From a virus (Duplodnaviria > Caudoviricetes): DNA of 35,900 bases. Made by a program: the position numbers and the translations under genes. How positions within the stretch are numbered: position 1 is the first letter of the stretch; the number at the start of each line of letters is the position of its first letter. Below the pieces are notes generated by a model. It was not told where the DNA came from. It searched no databases and saw only the letters and a list, made by a program, of their open reading frames with translations. The stretch covers positions 1 to 35,900 of the IMG/VR virus record IMGVR_UViG_3300036904_000005; one strand, given 5' to 3'. Shown piece after piece: positions 16,313 to 26,047 of the stretch.

Positions 16313-19300
16313 ATGCCAAATGGAATCGATGTCGGCGATGCCGCTGGTGATCTCCAGTCCGCCAAGGCAGAGGCGAACCAGACTCTAAGCGAGGCGCAGT
16401 CCACGGGCGCCGCTGCTCCGACCCCTTCGTTCGCGCCCGCGCCGCCCTTGCGGTCCGGCGGCCCGCCGCCCGCGAAGCCCGCCAAGTCTCCTTTGGGTCC
16501 GCCGAATCCTGCCGACACCGTGGCACCAGATCAAGGCGGCGGGATTGACACAGGCGTTCATCCCAACTTCACCGCCCAGCCCGCGCCGCCCAGCCCGAAA
16601 GACACCGTCGTCAAGCCGAAGTTCTGGGATCAGTCCGGCAGCGAGATAGGCAACGGCCTTATGCAGGGCGCCGCCTCGATTGCCCGCGCGATCATGAGTT
16701 CAGGTGAAGGACTGGCCGCCGCCGCTGACGGAGAAGCCGGCGGTGGCGGCGATACGCCGGACATCAGGGCGGCCGGTGATACGATCAAAGCGTTCGCGAA
16801 CCAGGCGGTCGAGCACTGGGTGCCGGACCATCCGGAGAAGTCCGGCCTGGGCGCTCAGATTCTCGGGGACGTGGCACACGTTGTTCCCGCCCTCGCGACC
16901 GGCGGCGCTGGCACGGCGCTGCTGCCCATGCAGTCGTTCACAGACTCGATGGCAGACTCCGAAAAGAACCACGAAGACCCAGTCACGAGTGCTATCATGG
17001 CGACCGTGGCAGTAACGGGGAACGTGCTTGGTATGCACATCCCCCTCAAGAACCCGAGCATCTGGAAGCGCATCGGCTCGTCGATCCTCGGCAACGAGAC
17101 CATCTCGTACGCGCAGCAGACGCTTGCCAAGGAGATCCTTCAGAGCCGTGGGTTCCAGGAGGCGGCCGACAAGATCGACCCGAACGATCCGCGCTCCATA
17201 TTGTCGACGCTCGGCATCGCCATCGGATTCGGGCTGCACCGCCAAGCGGGCGCTGACAAGAAGACCGCCGACGCGAACGTGCAGAACGGAACGAAGGTCG
17301 GTGAGCCCGACGCGCCCGACCCCAAAGATACTGTCGCATCGGGGAACGCCTTTGCGGGGAATGGCAAGACTGTAGACGGTGCTCCGGTCACGCCGGTCGA
17401 TGTGAGCCAGCCCGCGCCCGCGAAGGCCGCCCCCGCGCCGGACGAGCCGCCGACGATTACTGGCCCCGACGGTAAGCAAATCCCGAACCCGAATTACGGT
17501 ATGGTGAAGGCGGCCCCCACCGCCGCTGGCCCTGACGGGTCGGTCCGCAAGCGGTTTGCCACTCCCGGCGAAGACCTCAGCGCGACGCCGCCGCCCCCAC
17601 CGCCCCCACCGCCCGCTGCGACCGCCGCACCTGACGGTCAGGGCACGATGCCCTTCGGACATTCGAGCAACCCCGTCAAAGTCCCCGACATGCCCGCCCC
17701 CGAGTCCGCGAGGGATATCCGTTCGCAGTTGACGGACATGAACTCCGACTCTCCTCGTACTGGGGTGTTGGTGACAACTGAGACCAAGGCGCACCTTGCA
17801 TCTACGAAAGATGCTAACGCGGTATCGGTAACGAGCCAATTGGCGAACGCGGTCAAGCAATCACGCACAGTGGAAGTTCCCACGGGAACTCTTATACTCA
17901 AGACCAAGGCCCAAGCCGACGCAGCCTCGAAGCGTCTCGCAGCCGGCGAAGATCCTCAGAAGGTGATCGGCGACGCGACGGGTGCAGGCGATGGCAAGAC
18001 TCCTGACGATACTGTGGTTGTTCAAGGCCAAACGCCCAGTGGTGCCGTCGCCGTGGAAAAGACCGTGGCACCTGCCGAGGTCCCATACGCGAAGCAGACC
18101 ATCGAAGATCAGGGTAAGACTGCGGTGGTCACGACGCCTGCTGAAGCAGTTGCGCGGCGCGTAACAGGAATCAGCACCGAGCGGAACACGCCCACGCAGA
18201 TGGGCCTGATGACGACCGGCGACGGGAAGCAGGTCGGAGTCCATGTGGAACCCGGCGCTCCCGAAGGACTCGTGCGCGTGCGCCAGCTTGACGCCGAAGG
18301 CGAACCCAGCGATCATACCGTCGACGTTCCCGCTGACCGGGTTAAGGTGTCGAAGACCGAGGCGCCCGCTGAGACCGCGACAACCGGCAAACTCACGGAA
18401 GAATCGCCGAAGCAAGATGCCACGTCCAACGGTGTTACAACCAAGGTCGAGACCGAGGCGTCCGAGCCATCAGCAGAGGAAGCGCCGAAGCCCCCCGCCG
18501 TTGAAGTAGCGAAGGGAGAAGAGGCCCCTGCACAATCGGTAGCAGCCGAGCGCGCACCCGACCTGCAAAAGGGCGCGACTGAGGATACCTCTCCCCCGAG
18601 CGAACCTGCCAAGAAGCTCAAGGCAGAGAAACCCAAGTCTGGTCTTGATGTGCTCCCCGCAGCACTGGAGGCACATGAGGCACAGGAAGCGATCCCCGAG
18701 GGAAAGAAGTTCCCCGCGCCCCTCGCGGAGCGTCAGCAGAACGCGGTTGACTTTGCAGCAGTGCTCAAGGCCGCAGCGGATTCAGCCCGAGGTAAGGCTT
18801 CCGTCTCAGACATCGAGCGTGCGCAGAAAGCTGCTAAGGCAACGGACAGCCTCGCTGACAAGGGCAAAGCTGAAACCGACAAGGGTCAAGGGACCGGCCA
18901 CGTCAAGATCACCGCGCTCGTCAACGAGATGCACAAAGCAGCCCGCGCATTACTGGGAACCGCTCGCGAAGGCGATGACGTTCAGGTAAAGCCCAAGGTT
19001 GCGGAACTCAAGGCCAAGCAGGCCAAGACCGCCAAGCGCGTGATCGAGGAGATGCGCGCCCGCGAAGAGGTCGCGAAGGCGAAGGCCGCCACGCCCACCG
19101 TCGACTCTGACCAATCGGCCAAGGTCAAGGCGGTCTACGACCGGCTGAACGAGATCGGCGACGTGGCACCAGAGGATATTCGCGCGGCCAGCAACGAGGT
19201 CTCGAAGATCCTTGGCCGCAACGTGAAGGTGAAGTACGACGAGGAGGGCGCAGACTACCGCGAACATCTTGCCAAGACCCCCGAGCCAGCGAAGGTCGAA

Positions 19301-22300
19301 GTCCCGGTCAACCCGAAGTACGCCGATCAGGTCAAGGGCCGCAAGCCCGTCGTCAAGGAACAGCCGAAGCCCTCCGACGTGCAGACGCAGCGCGAGGGCC
19401 AACGCCTCATGGAACGATACGTCGGCTCCGAGGAGGAAGACGCGGCCAGGGCGCGGGCCGATGTCGCGCAGTGGCTCCACGAGCACGGCGAGAAGTTCGG
19501 CATGGGTGCCGAGGACCATGACAAGATCCTCCAACTCATGGACGACAAGCGCGTCGAAGAGAACCCCAAGGCCGTGCGCCCGAAGCGCATGAGCGACACC
19601 GTCGGCGACGAAGAGTCCCGCCTGGACACGACGCCCGAGGGCTTGTCCGGCATGAAGCGCGGCGGGAAGGAACTGCTGTCCCTGTCCGACGACCTTGGCG
19701 TCAAGAAGACCGACGAACTCCGAATGAAGACCGAGTGGGCGCGCATCGGAAAGTCCCTGCAAGACTCAGGGCTCATGGACTCGTTCAACAACCGCGCGGA
19801 CACTGGCGAGCACACCAGCGCGCACTCGCTGTTGTCTGTCATGCTGCACAACGCAGGCGGGTCGCCTGGTATCAAGGCCCTGCTGATGGCGATGCGCGCG
19901 CACATGCCGGATCTGCCGATCTACACCGTGTCGTCCATCAAGAACCTGATATCCGGCGGGATACACAAACAAGCGAGCGGGCTGTTCTCTCCCGCCGAGC
20001 GAGTGATCCAGGTGGTGAAGGGTGCGACTCCGGACGCCACGCTGCGCACCGCGACGCACGAGATGCTCCACGCCGCCACGGCGTTCGAGATCGCGAGGGA
20101 CCCGACTGGCAAGCTGGCCACCGCGCTTGAGCGCGCCCGCGAAATCTTGGAGAAGCGCCTGCGCGCCGAGTACGGCGACGACTTGGTCGACCAGCACATG
20201 AACTACTTCAACGACCCGGGCGAAGGCGCCAAGCCCGACGAGTATCACCGCGAGATGTATGGCGCGAGCAACGTCCACGAGATGATCGGGGAGCTTTCCA
20301 ACCCGGAGTTCGTAAAGCTCGTGGCCGACTCTGAAGGTATGGCGTCCCCGCTGGAAGGGCTCGATGCCGCAGAGGCCGCGCGCCCCCGCACCCTGCTGGG
20401 AAAGATCTACCACGCTATCGGCAAGTTCTTCGGGGCAGAAGACCCCCGCCTCCTTGCGCACATCGCATCGCTCGCCGAGCATACGATGATGAAGCAGAAT
20501 GCCGAGATGCAGCCTGGCGGACGGCTCGCCGACTACGACCTGGGCCGCTCTGCCGCTGAACGCGCGGCGAGTTTCGAGAAGCGCATGGAGTACCAGTTCG
20601 GGCTCAACCCCCTGGAATCCCGCGCGGCCCTCAAGCCGCTGATGGCCATGCGCGAAGATCCGCCGCCCCTGCGCGCCGCCGTCGAGCGGGAGCTTCGCAG
20701 CGTGACCGGCGAAGACGAGTCGACCATGGTCGCGCGGATGTTCCAGCACGCTACCGTGTCCAAGGCCGTGGACCTGTACCGCACAGTCCTGACGAAGCTC
20801 AGCACGGTGCCGCAGATCTATCGCGATCACCGCGCCGACTTCGGCCGCGAGGACGACCCGGCAAACCCGCTGACCCGCCTTCAAGATGTGGACGGCGCCA
20901 AGACCAAGATCATGCACACCATGGGCGACATCGTGAAGCCCGTCGCGAAGGCGTGGCGCGCGCTGGACAGTGACAACAACCTGCGCATGTCCGCGCTGCT
21001 GCGTGACAGCACCATGTGGAAGATCGACCCGCGCAAGGACGCTTCCTCGCAGATCCTGTCGGTCCAAGCCCGCGACGGGTTTGACGCCCGGCACACCGAG
21101 TTCCAAGCTCGCTACGCGAAGCTGAGCGACGCCGCCAAGAAGGTGTTCGGCGACGTGATCGAGTCAAGCCGTAAGATCGCGAAGGCCGAGCGCCGCGCGG
21201 CGGTCGACACCGCTCTCCACACGTTCTCGGACACAGACATCAACGACGCGCAGAGATCACTGCTGTACGGCGCGAAGACGGCCAAGGCATACGAAGACAT
21301 GATCGGGCCGGGCAAGCTGGTCGATGTTGGCGACCGCAACGGGGCGCTGAAAGAAGCGCTCAAGTCGTTCGGTGGTACCGACGAGATGGAAGGACCCTAC
21401 GTCCACTTGGGTCGCCACGGCGACTACGTCGTGCACGCGGATCCCGAGGGCACCAAGGAGTTCGCCAACGAGAAGCAGGCGCGGGGCTTCGCGGACATGC
21501 TGTCGCGCCTCAGCCCCGATTCTAAGGGCACCTACGCGTTCCGTGGTGGCAAGCACGTGGTGGACTACAAAGCGTTCTACACGAGCTTCCACGAGAGCCG
21601 GGCCGAGGCAGAGCGCGCGGCCGCCGATATCGCCAAGCTCGGGCTGAACCCCGGCAACGTGACCGTCAAGACCATGAGCGAGCAGGCGCCGATCTCACCC
21701 GCAGCCCGCGAACTGGTCGCCGAGGCGGAGCGCAAGATCAACAAGATGGGCGGCTCCGACAAGGGTACGCAGGCGCTCAGCGATTCACTCCGATCCGCGT
21801 TCTTGCAGATGACAGCGGCTCGCAGCGCATATGCTGGTTCGCGCCTTGCGCGCAAGAACGTGGCCGGTGTGAAAGCCGAGGACATGCAGCGGAACTTCGC
21901 GGACCACGCCCAGTCGGTGATCTGGCACACGGCGCAGATGCGTACCGTGTTTGACCAGGCGAGTGCCTTGGCCAAGGTTCGTGGCATGGCGCGCGACGCG
22001 CAGAGCGGCGTATCGCAGTTGACCCAGTACCGGCGCGGCGAAGCGGTGAGCGCGCTCAACGCGCACATGGCAGACGAGGTCAAGAACTTCGGGCGTAAGG
22101 GGGCGGTCAACTCGACCCTCGCGAAGCTCGGGTTCGCAACGTATCTCGCGAGCCCGGCGCACGCGTTCATCTGGATGACCCAGAACTTCAACACGGGGAT
22201 CCCGTGGGCTGGCGCGCGGTATGGCTACGGCAAGAGCACGGCGGCATTCGCGAAAGGCATGAAGGTGTTTGGACCTGCGTTCAACGAAACCATGAAGCAG

Positions 22301-23611
22301 GTGTTCTCAGGCGGGGGCGACGCGGACGCCGTTCACAAGGCGATCCTGGACTACGTCGCAAAAGACAAGGACATGGGGAAGTGGGCAGGGCATCTCCAGC
22401 AGTTGATCGACCGTGGCGTGATCAGCCACAGCTACTCGAACGAACTCGCGACCGCAGCCCGCAGCAACAGCAGCAGCAAGATCGGCACAGGTATAGACCG
22501 CGCGTTCGATTGGGCGCGGCTGCTGCCGAACATGGCGGACAGTTTCAACCGCGTGAGCACGGCCCTGGCCGGACTGGAACTCACAGGCGGCGACATCAGG
22601 AAGACCGCCGAGATGGTGGACATCATCCACGCGGATTACTCGGCGGCCGCGAAGCCGCTCGCGTTCAAGGCGCTTAGCCGAATCCCTGGCGGGTCGTCGA
22701 TCACGATGTTCAAGACATACACCCAGTCGATGGCGCATCTGTTGTACGGGAATTTGGTCGCCTCGTTCAAGGGCCCGAACAAAATGGAAGCTGCAAAGAC
22801 CGTGGCAGGGATGATGCTCGCGAACTCTTTGTTGGCCGGTGTCTTCGCGGGCGCGGCGCTGGAGCCTTTGAAGCTGGCGGTGTACGCCTACCATAAGATC
22901 TTCGACCAGGAGGGCGAGACGTATGACTTGCAGAACGCGATTCATCTCTGGCTCGTTGACCATCTTGGCAAGGGTGCTGGGAACGTGGCTGCTGGTGGGC
23001 TGCCTCGTATGGCTGGGTTTGATTTGTCTAGTCGCATGGGGTTGGGGGATTTGTTCTTCCACAATCCGCCGGATCTTTTGGCTGCTGACGGGAGTGGGTG
23101 GAAGGACTTCATATATGACCAGGGCGGACCAATGGTCAGCTTTGTGGGGGATCGCATCAAGAGTTTCTCGCAGAATTATCAGGCGGGTAATTTGGCGGGT
23201 GCGGCGAGCGATCTGGTGCCGATCAAGGCGTACCAGGACGCGGTGAAGGGGTATCAGTTGGCAACCACTGGGAAGCAGAACTCGATGGGGAATACCATGA
23301 CTGCGCCGTCTTATATGGACGCGGCGTACCAGACGTTTGGTTTGAAGCCTGCATCAGTGGCCACTGCGCAGGAGAAGGCGGGGGCTGCAATCAACATCAG
23401 CAGCAAGATCAAGACGACGAAGGAGTCAGTGCTCAAAGCGTTCATCGCGGACCCGAAGCAGGATCAGAGCCGCATCGAGGCGTTCAACAAGATGCATCCG
23501 GCTGAGGCGATCAAATCACAGGACATCCAGGGGCTGATGCGATATAAGCAACAGCAAGCATCGGGTGGCCCAGTGAAGGACCCCGACATAAACTCCGCGA
23601 CTAACTTTTAA
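16313..23611 (+). CDS. Giant internal virion (polyvalent) protein with zincin-like metallopeptidase and PLxRFG-like region
   Basis: 2432-aa ORF. HEMLH at 20057-20071 with downstream VHEMIGE, YVHLGRHGDYVV near 21400, and hydrophobic helical C-terminal third. Confidence 0.8.
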   Translation: MPNGIDVGDAAGDLQSAKAEANQTLSEAQSTGAAAPTPSFAPAPPLRSGGPPPAKPAKSPLGPPNPADTVAPDQGGGIDTGVHPNFTAQPAPPSPKDTVVKPKFWDQSGSEIGNGLMQGAASIARAIMSSGEGLAAAADGEAGGGGDTPDIRAAGDTIKAFANQAVEHWVPDHPEKSGLGAQILGDVAHVVPALATGGAGTALLPMQSFTDSMADSEKNHEDPVTSAIMATVAVTGNVLGMHIPLKNPSIWKRIGSSILGNETISYAQQTLAKEILQSRGFQEAADKIDPNDPRSILSTLGIAIGFGLHRQAGADKKTADANVQNGTKVGEPDAPDPKDTVASGNAFAGNGKTVDGAPVTPVDVSQPAPAKAAPAPDEPPTITGPDGKQIPNPNYGMVKAAPTAAGPDGSVRKRFATPGEDLSATPPPPPPPPPAATAAPDGQGTMPFGHSSNPVKVPDMPAPESARDIRSQLTDMNSDSPRTGVLVTTETKAHLASTKDANAVSVTSQLANAVKQSRTVEVPTGTLILKTKAQADAASKRLAAGEDPQKVIGDATGAGDGKTPDDTVVVQGQTPSGAVAVEKTVAPAEVPYAKQTIEDQGKTAVVTTPAEAVARRVTGISTERNTPTQMGLMTTGDGKQVGVHVEPGAPEGLVRVRQLDAEGEPSDHTVDVPADRVKVSKTEAPAETATTGKLTEESPKQDATSNGVTTKVETEASEPSAEEAPKPPAVEVAKGEEAPAQSVAAERAPDLQKGATEDTSPPSEPAKKLKAEKPKSGLDVLPAALEAHEAQEAIPEGKKFPAPLAERQQNAVDFAAVLKAAADSARGKASVSDIERAQKAAKATDSLADKGKAETDKGQGTGHVKITALVNEMHKAARALLGTAREGDDVQVKPKVAELKAKQAKTAKRVIEEMRAREEVAKAKAATPTVDSDQSAKVKAVYDRLNEIGDVAPEDIRAASNEVSKILGRNVKVKYDEEGADYREHLAKTPEPAKVEVPVNPKYADQVKGRKPVVKEQPKPSDVQTQREGQRLMERYVGSEEEDAARARADVAQWLHEHGEKFGMGAEDHDKILQLMDDKRVEENPKAVRPKRMSDTVGDEESRLDTTPEGLSGMKRGGKELLSLSDDLGVKKTDELRMKTEWARIGKSLQDSGLMDSFNNRADTGEHTSAHSLLSVMLHNAGGSPGIKALLMAMRAHMPDLPIYTVSSIKNLISGGIHKQASGLFSPAERVIQVVKGATPDATLRTATHEMLHAATAFEIARDPTGKLATALERAREILEKRLRAEYGDDLVDQHMNYFNDPGEGAKPDEYHREMYGASNVHEMIGELSNPEFVKLVADSEGMASPLEGLDAAEAARPRTLLGKIYHAIGKFFGAEDPRLLAHIASLAEHTMMKQNAEMQPGGRLADYDLGRSAAERAASFEKRMEYQFGLNPLESRAALKPLMAMREDPPPLRAAVERELRSVTGEDESTMVARMFQHATVSKAVDLYRTVLTKLSTVPQIYRDHRADFGREDDPANPLTRLQDVDGAKTKIMHTMGDIVKPVAKAWRALDSDNNLRMSALLRDSTMWKIDPRKDASSQILSVQARDGFDARHTEFQARYAKLSDAAKKVFGDVIESSRKIAKAERRAAVDTALHTFSDTDINDAQRSLLYGAKTAKAYEDMIGPGKLVDVGDRNGALKEALKSFGGTDEMEGPYVHLGRHGDYVVHADPEGTKEFANEKQARGFADMLSRLSPDSKGTYAFRGGKHVVDYKAFYTSFHESRAEAERAAADIAKLGLNPGNVTVKTMSEQAPISPAARELVAEAERKINKMGGSDKGTQALSDSLRSAFLQMTAARSAYAGSRLARKNVAGVKAEDMQRNFADHAQSVIWHTAQMRTVFDQASALAKVRGMARDAQSGVSQLTQYRRGEAVSALNAHMADEVKNFGRKGAVNSTLAKLGFATYLASPAHAFIWMTQNFNTGIPWAGARYGYGKSTAAFAKGMKVFGPAFNETMKQVFSGGGDADAVHKAILDYVAKDKDMGKWAGHLQQLIDRGVISHSYSNELATAARSNSSSKIGTGIDRAFDWARLLPNMADSFNRVSTALAGLELTGGDIRKTAEMVDIIHADYSAAAKPLAFKALSRIPGGSSITMFKTYTQSMAHLLYGNLVASFKGPNKMEAAKTVAGMMLANSLLAGVFAGAALEPLKLAVYAYHKIFDQEGETYDLQNAIHLWLVDHLGKGAGNVAAGGLPRMAGFDLSSRMGLGDLFFHNPPDLLAADGSGWKDFIYDQGGPMVSFVGDRIKSFSQNYQAGNLAGAASDLVPIKAYQDAVKGYQLATTGKQNSMGNTMTAPSYMDAAYQTFGLKPASVATAQEKAGAAINISSKIKTTKESVLKAFIADPKQDQSRIEAFNKMHPAEAIKSQDIQGLMRYKQQQASGGPVKDPDINSATNF
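16499..16530 (+). repeat. 32-bp exact direct repeat, copy 2
   Basis: Identical to 46..77 and read in the same peptide frame (PPNPADTVAPD). Confidence 0.95.
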
Positions 23612-23626
23612 GTTCGTCGCGGAGTT
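23591..23626. terminator. Inverted repeat at the convergence of the two gene blocks (possible bidirectional terminator)
   Basis: Perfect 11-bp arms aactccgcgac / gtcgcggagtt plus inner aactt/aagtt, spanning both stop codons. U-tracts are weak. Confidence 0.55.
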
Positions 23627-26042
23627 CTACTGCGGTTGCCTGTTCCCACTTCGCTTGATTGACATGCGCCCAGATGCGCTGCTTACCATTGCCCTTCCGG
23701 ATCTCTCTCACGACCTTGGCATCAGGCAACGCCCGTTTAATGAACGCCCTGGTCTGTAGGCCGGAGTGGGTCTTGCCGGTCTCGGCCTTGAGCCACTGCG
23801 TTACTTCCTCGCACAAAAATACTTCGTGGCAGAACGGGCCATCGAAGCTCTTGGACGCGTCGATTATCAACTGGACTTCTGCCGCTTGCGAGTTGACCAC
23901 CATGGTGATCTTCGAACCCGTTATCGGCGGCGGCGACTTCGGGTTGAAGTTGCTGATGTCTATCTGGGAGAGGATGTACCGTAGGGCACCTGGTCCACGG
24001 GCAGAACTGAGGAATCGATGGACGACTCCGAAGTAGGCTGCTCGCTGCGCGGGCGTGTATCCACGAGTGGGCTCCAGGTAATAGATCCCCCACCGTCGCT
24101 CGTCGTTCGAAGGGAGAGTAATCGCATCCTCGTAGTTGGAGGTTGCGGTAATGAAGATTCGATTCGGGATATTGTACGGTTTAAGTCCCTTCGGATGGAT
24201 CTCCACGTTCGTGCCTGTAACCAGATTTTTAAGCGAATTCGCAGTGTCGTCGGAATCCCATTTGCCATTGATGTGTACCTCGTCGAAGTGTAGGAACTGT
24301 GCGCCGCTCACGTAGTCGCTGAACGAGCTTCGCAGCACTTTATTGGAAACCAACCTGGCGTTGTCGTTACCTACCAGGGCCTTGGGAATATCGTACATCG
24401 CCGTGGTCTTGCCGGTGCCGAACTCTTTCGAGATCATCAGCGGCGCGGACGTGATCTTGATGTGCGGCTTCTGCACGACGTGGGCGTAGAACTGGAGCAG
24501 GTATGCGCCGAACTCTTTGTCGGTCTCGCGCGGGAATAAATAATCCCACAGGTCCGCGAACAGCGCCGCCTCGTTGGCTGTCGGTACTATCATGTCAGCC
24601 GGGTCGCTGTACAGGTTCACGTAGCTCTTGCCGTCCTCGGTGTAGATGCGCGGCTGCCCAGGATAAAACCCTTGGCTGTTGACGATGTTCTTCACACCGT
24701 ACCGGCGCATCAGCGTCGTCGGCGTGATCGGTACGCCATTCGAATTGAGGGGCATGAACCTCGTGAGAAGGTCGTCAATCGAAGTCTTAGACATTGGTTG
24801 ACGCTCAGTCACTGAAAAGTACAGCCCCTCCTGATCGAGGATCATAACGAACTCGTTGCTCAGCCAGTGCACGGCATCGCTCTGATCGAGCCGCGCCTTG
24901 CCGGTGGCTTGAACTGCGTGCGAGCACGCCACGAGTAACGGGCTGATCCGCATTTGCGTGACCACAGACGGCGTCGACGCGGCGGGCTCGGGGTCGACGG
25001 CCGGCACTGACTCCAGCAGGGCCGCCGCCATCTGCTCGCTTAAGGGGGCATCAGCCGAGGGGGCCACGACTGGCACGGGAGCGGGCTCGCCCCATCCGTT
25101 GTCGCGTGCCAGCTTGATAAGGGTGCCGATGCCGATGCCGCCGCCGGGCTCGAAGCTCTGCCAGGTGACGTAGCAGTCTTCCTCGGAAACATACCCCGGC
25201 TGGCTTGCGCTCCATTCGTGGAACAGGTCGAAACCCTCGGAGGATTTATCGCTCCAGTCCTGGACGGCGCACAGCACGGTGATCCATAGATCCCGGCTGC
25301 CGAACTGCGGAAGATTTATGTACGCAAGCATGCCGCGCACGTCGTCGGCGGACTTCGCCTCATGGTCCTTCCTGCTGACAAGATCGTCATTAGATGCTAG
25401 GGCGCGTAACCGGACCGCCGCGCTTGACAGCTTGGCCGCCACCTGAAGCTGGTCGGCGATCTCCTCGGGCAGGTACTCGGTGCCGTTGTCGGCCAGCACC
25501 ACGCAGGGGATGGGCATCTCGCCCTTGCGATTGAGAGACCCCGGCGCGCGGAGTACGCGGGCCGCGTCGGCGGTGGCGCTCGCGTCTGCTTTGAATCCCA
25601 GTTCCTCGCACTTGGCCTTGAGGGCCAAGGCAATGACCTTCCATTCAGCCACTGGGATGTCGAACTCAAGGCACCAATACACGTGGACCCCGCGCCCGGA
25701 GTTCACATAGATGCTCGGCGGGGGCAGCCCCGTTGCCTTCACAAACACCTGCAACTCACGCACAGCGTTTTCGGTACCACCGAAATCCTTGCCGTCCAGG
25801 TCCAGGTGGAAGGCACGCTTAGCGATAGGGTCGCGCCGGTTCGCCCCGGCATACGACCCCGTTGCAAAAAACACGTTGAGCGGGAGCATGGACAGGCGCT
25901 GAACCTCACGCTCGATGTCGGCGTGAGTCTTCAGCCCGTTCCAATGTCGCGACTCTACGAGCTTGCCGTCTGGCCCCGTCGCGCCCGTTAAGAGCGTGAA
26001 GGGGCCAGTGGTCGGCAGGACCCTGTCGAAGAACGACGCCAC
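23601..26042 (-). CDS. Primase-helicase (AEP/RepB-like primase, PriCT-2, SF3/D5-like helicase)
   Basis: HLDLDGKD, VNSGRGVHVYW, DAARVLRAPGSLN; PriCT-2-like RDLWITV...FHEWS...WQSF; Walker A GTGKTT, FDEV, and ITATSN. Confidence 0.9.
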   Translation of the reverse strand: MASFFDRVLPTTGPFTLLTGATGPDGKLVESRHWNGLKTHADIEREVQRLSMLPLNVFFATGSYAGANRRDPIAKRAFHLDLDGKDFGGTENAVRELQVFVKATGLPPPSIYVNSGRGVHVYWCLEFDIPVAEWKVIALALKAKCEELGFKADASATADAARVLRAPGSLNRKGEMPIPCVVLADNGTEYLPEEIADQLQVAAKLSSAAVRLRALASNDDLVSRKDHEAKSADDVRGMLAYINLPQFGSRDLWITVLCAVQDWSDKSSEGFDLFHEWSASQPGYVSEEDCYVTWQSFEPGGGIGIGTLIKLARDNGWGEPAPVPVVAPSADAPLSEQMAAALLESVPAVDPEPAASTPSVVTQMRISPLLVACSHAVQATGKARLDQSDAVHWLSNEFVMILDQEGLYFSVTERQPMSKTSIDDLLTRFMPLNSNGVPITPTTLMRRYGVKNIVNSQGFYPGQPRIYTEDGKSYVNLYSDPADMIVPTANEAALFADLWDYLFPRETDKEFGAYLLQFYAHVVQKPHIKITSAPLMISKEFGTGKTTAMYDIPKALVGNDNARLVSNKVLRSSFSDYVSGAQFLHFDEVHINGKWDSDDTANSLKNLVTGTNVEIHPKGLKPYNIPNRIFITATSNYEDAITLPSNDERRWGIYYLEPTRGYTPAQRAAYFGVVHRFLSSARGPGALRYILSQIDISNFNPKSPPPITGSKITMVVNSQAAEVQLIIDASKSFDGPFCHEVFLCEEVTQWLKAETGKTHSGLQTRAFIKRALPDAKVVREIRKGNGKQRIWAHVNQAKWEQATAVELRDELKS

Positions 26043-26047
26043 AGACC

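Noticed and set aside
18061-19173. Further gtggcacc words (18065, 19163) as extra copies of the 32-bp repeat
   Set aside because: Only 11-12 nt match, which is compatible with chance Val-Ala-Pro codons.
19766-21106. Long antisense ORFs (also 12682..13896, 16700..17860, 26108..27277, 1196..2008)
   Set aside because: Shadow ORFs expected from high-GC codon bias opposite real genes, with no recognisable motifs.
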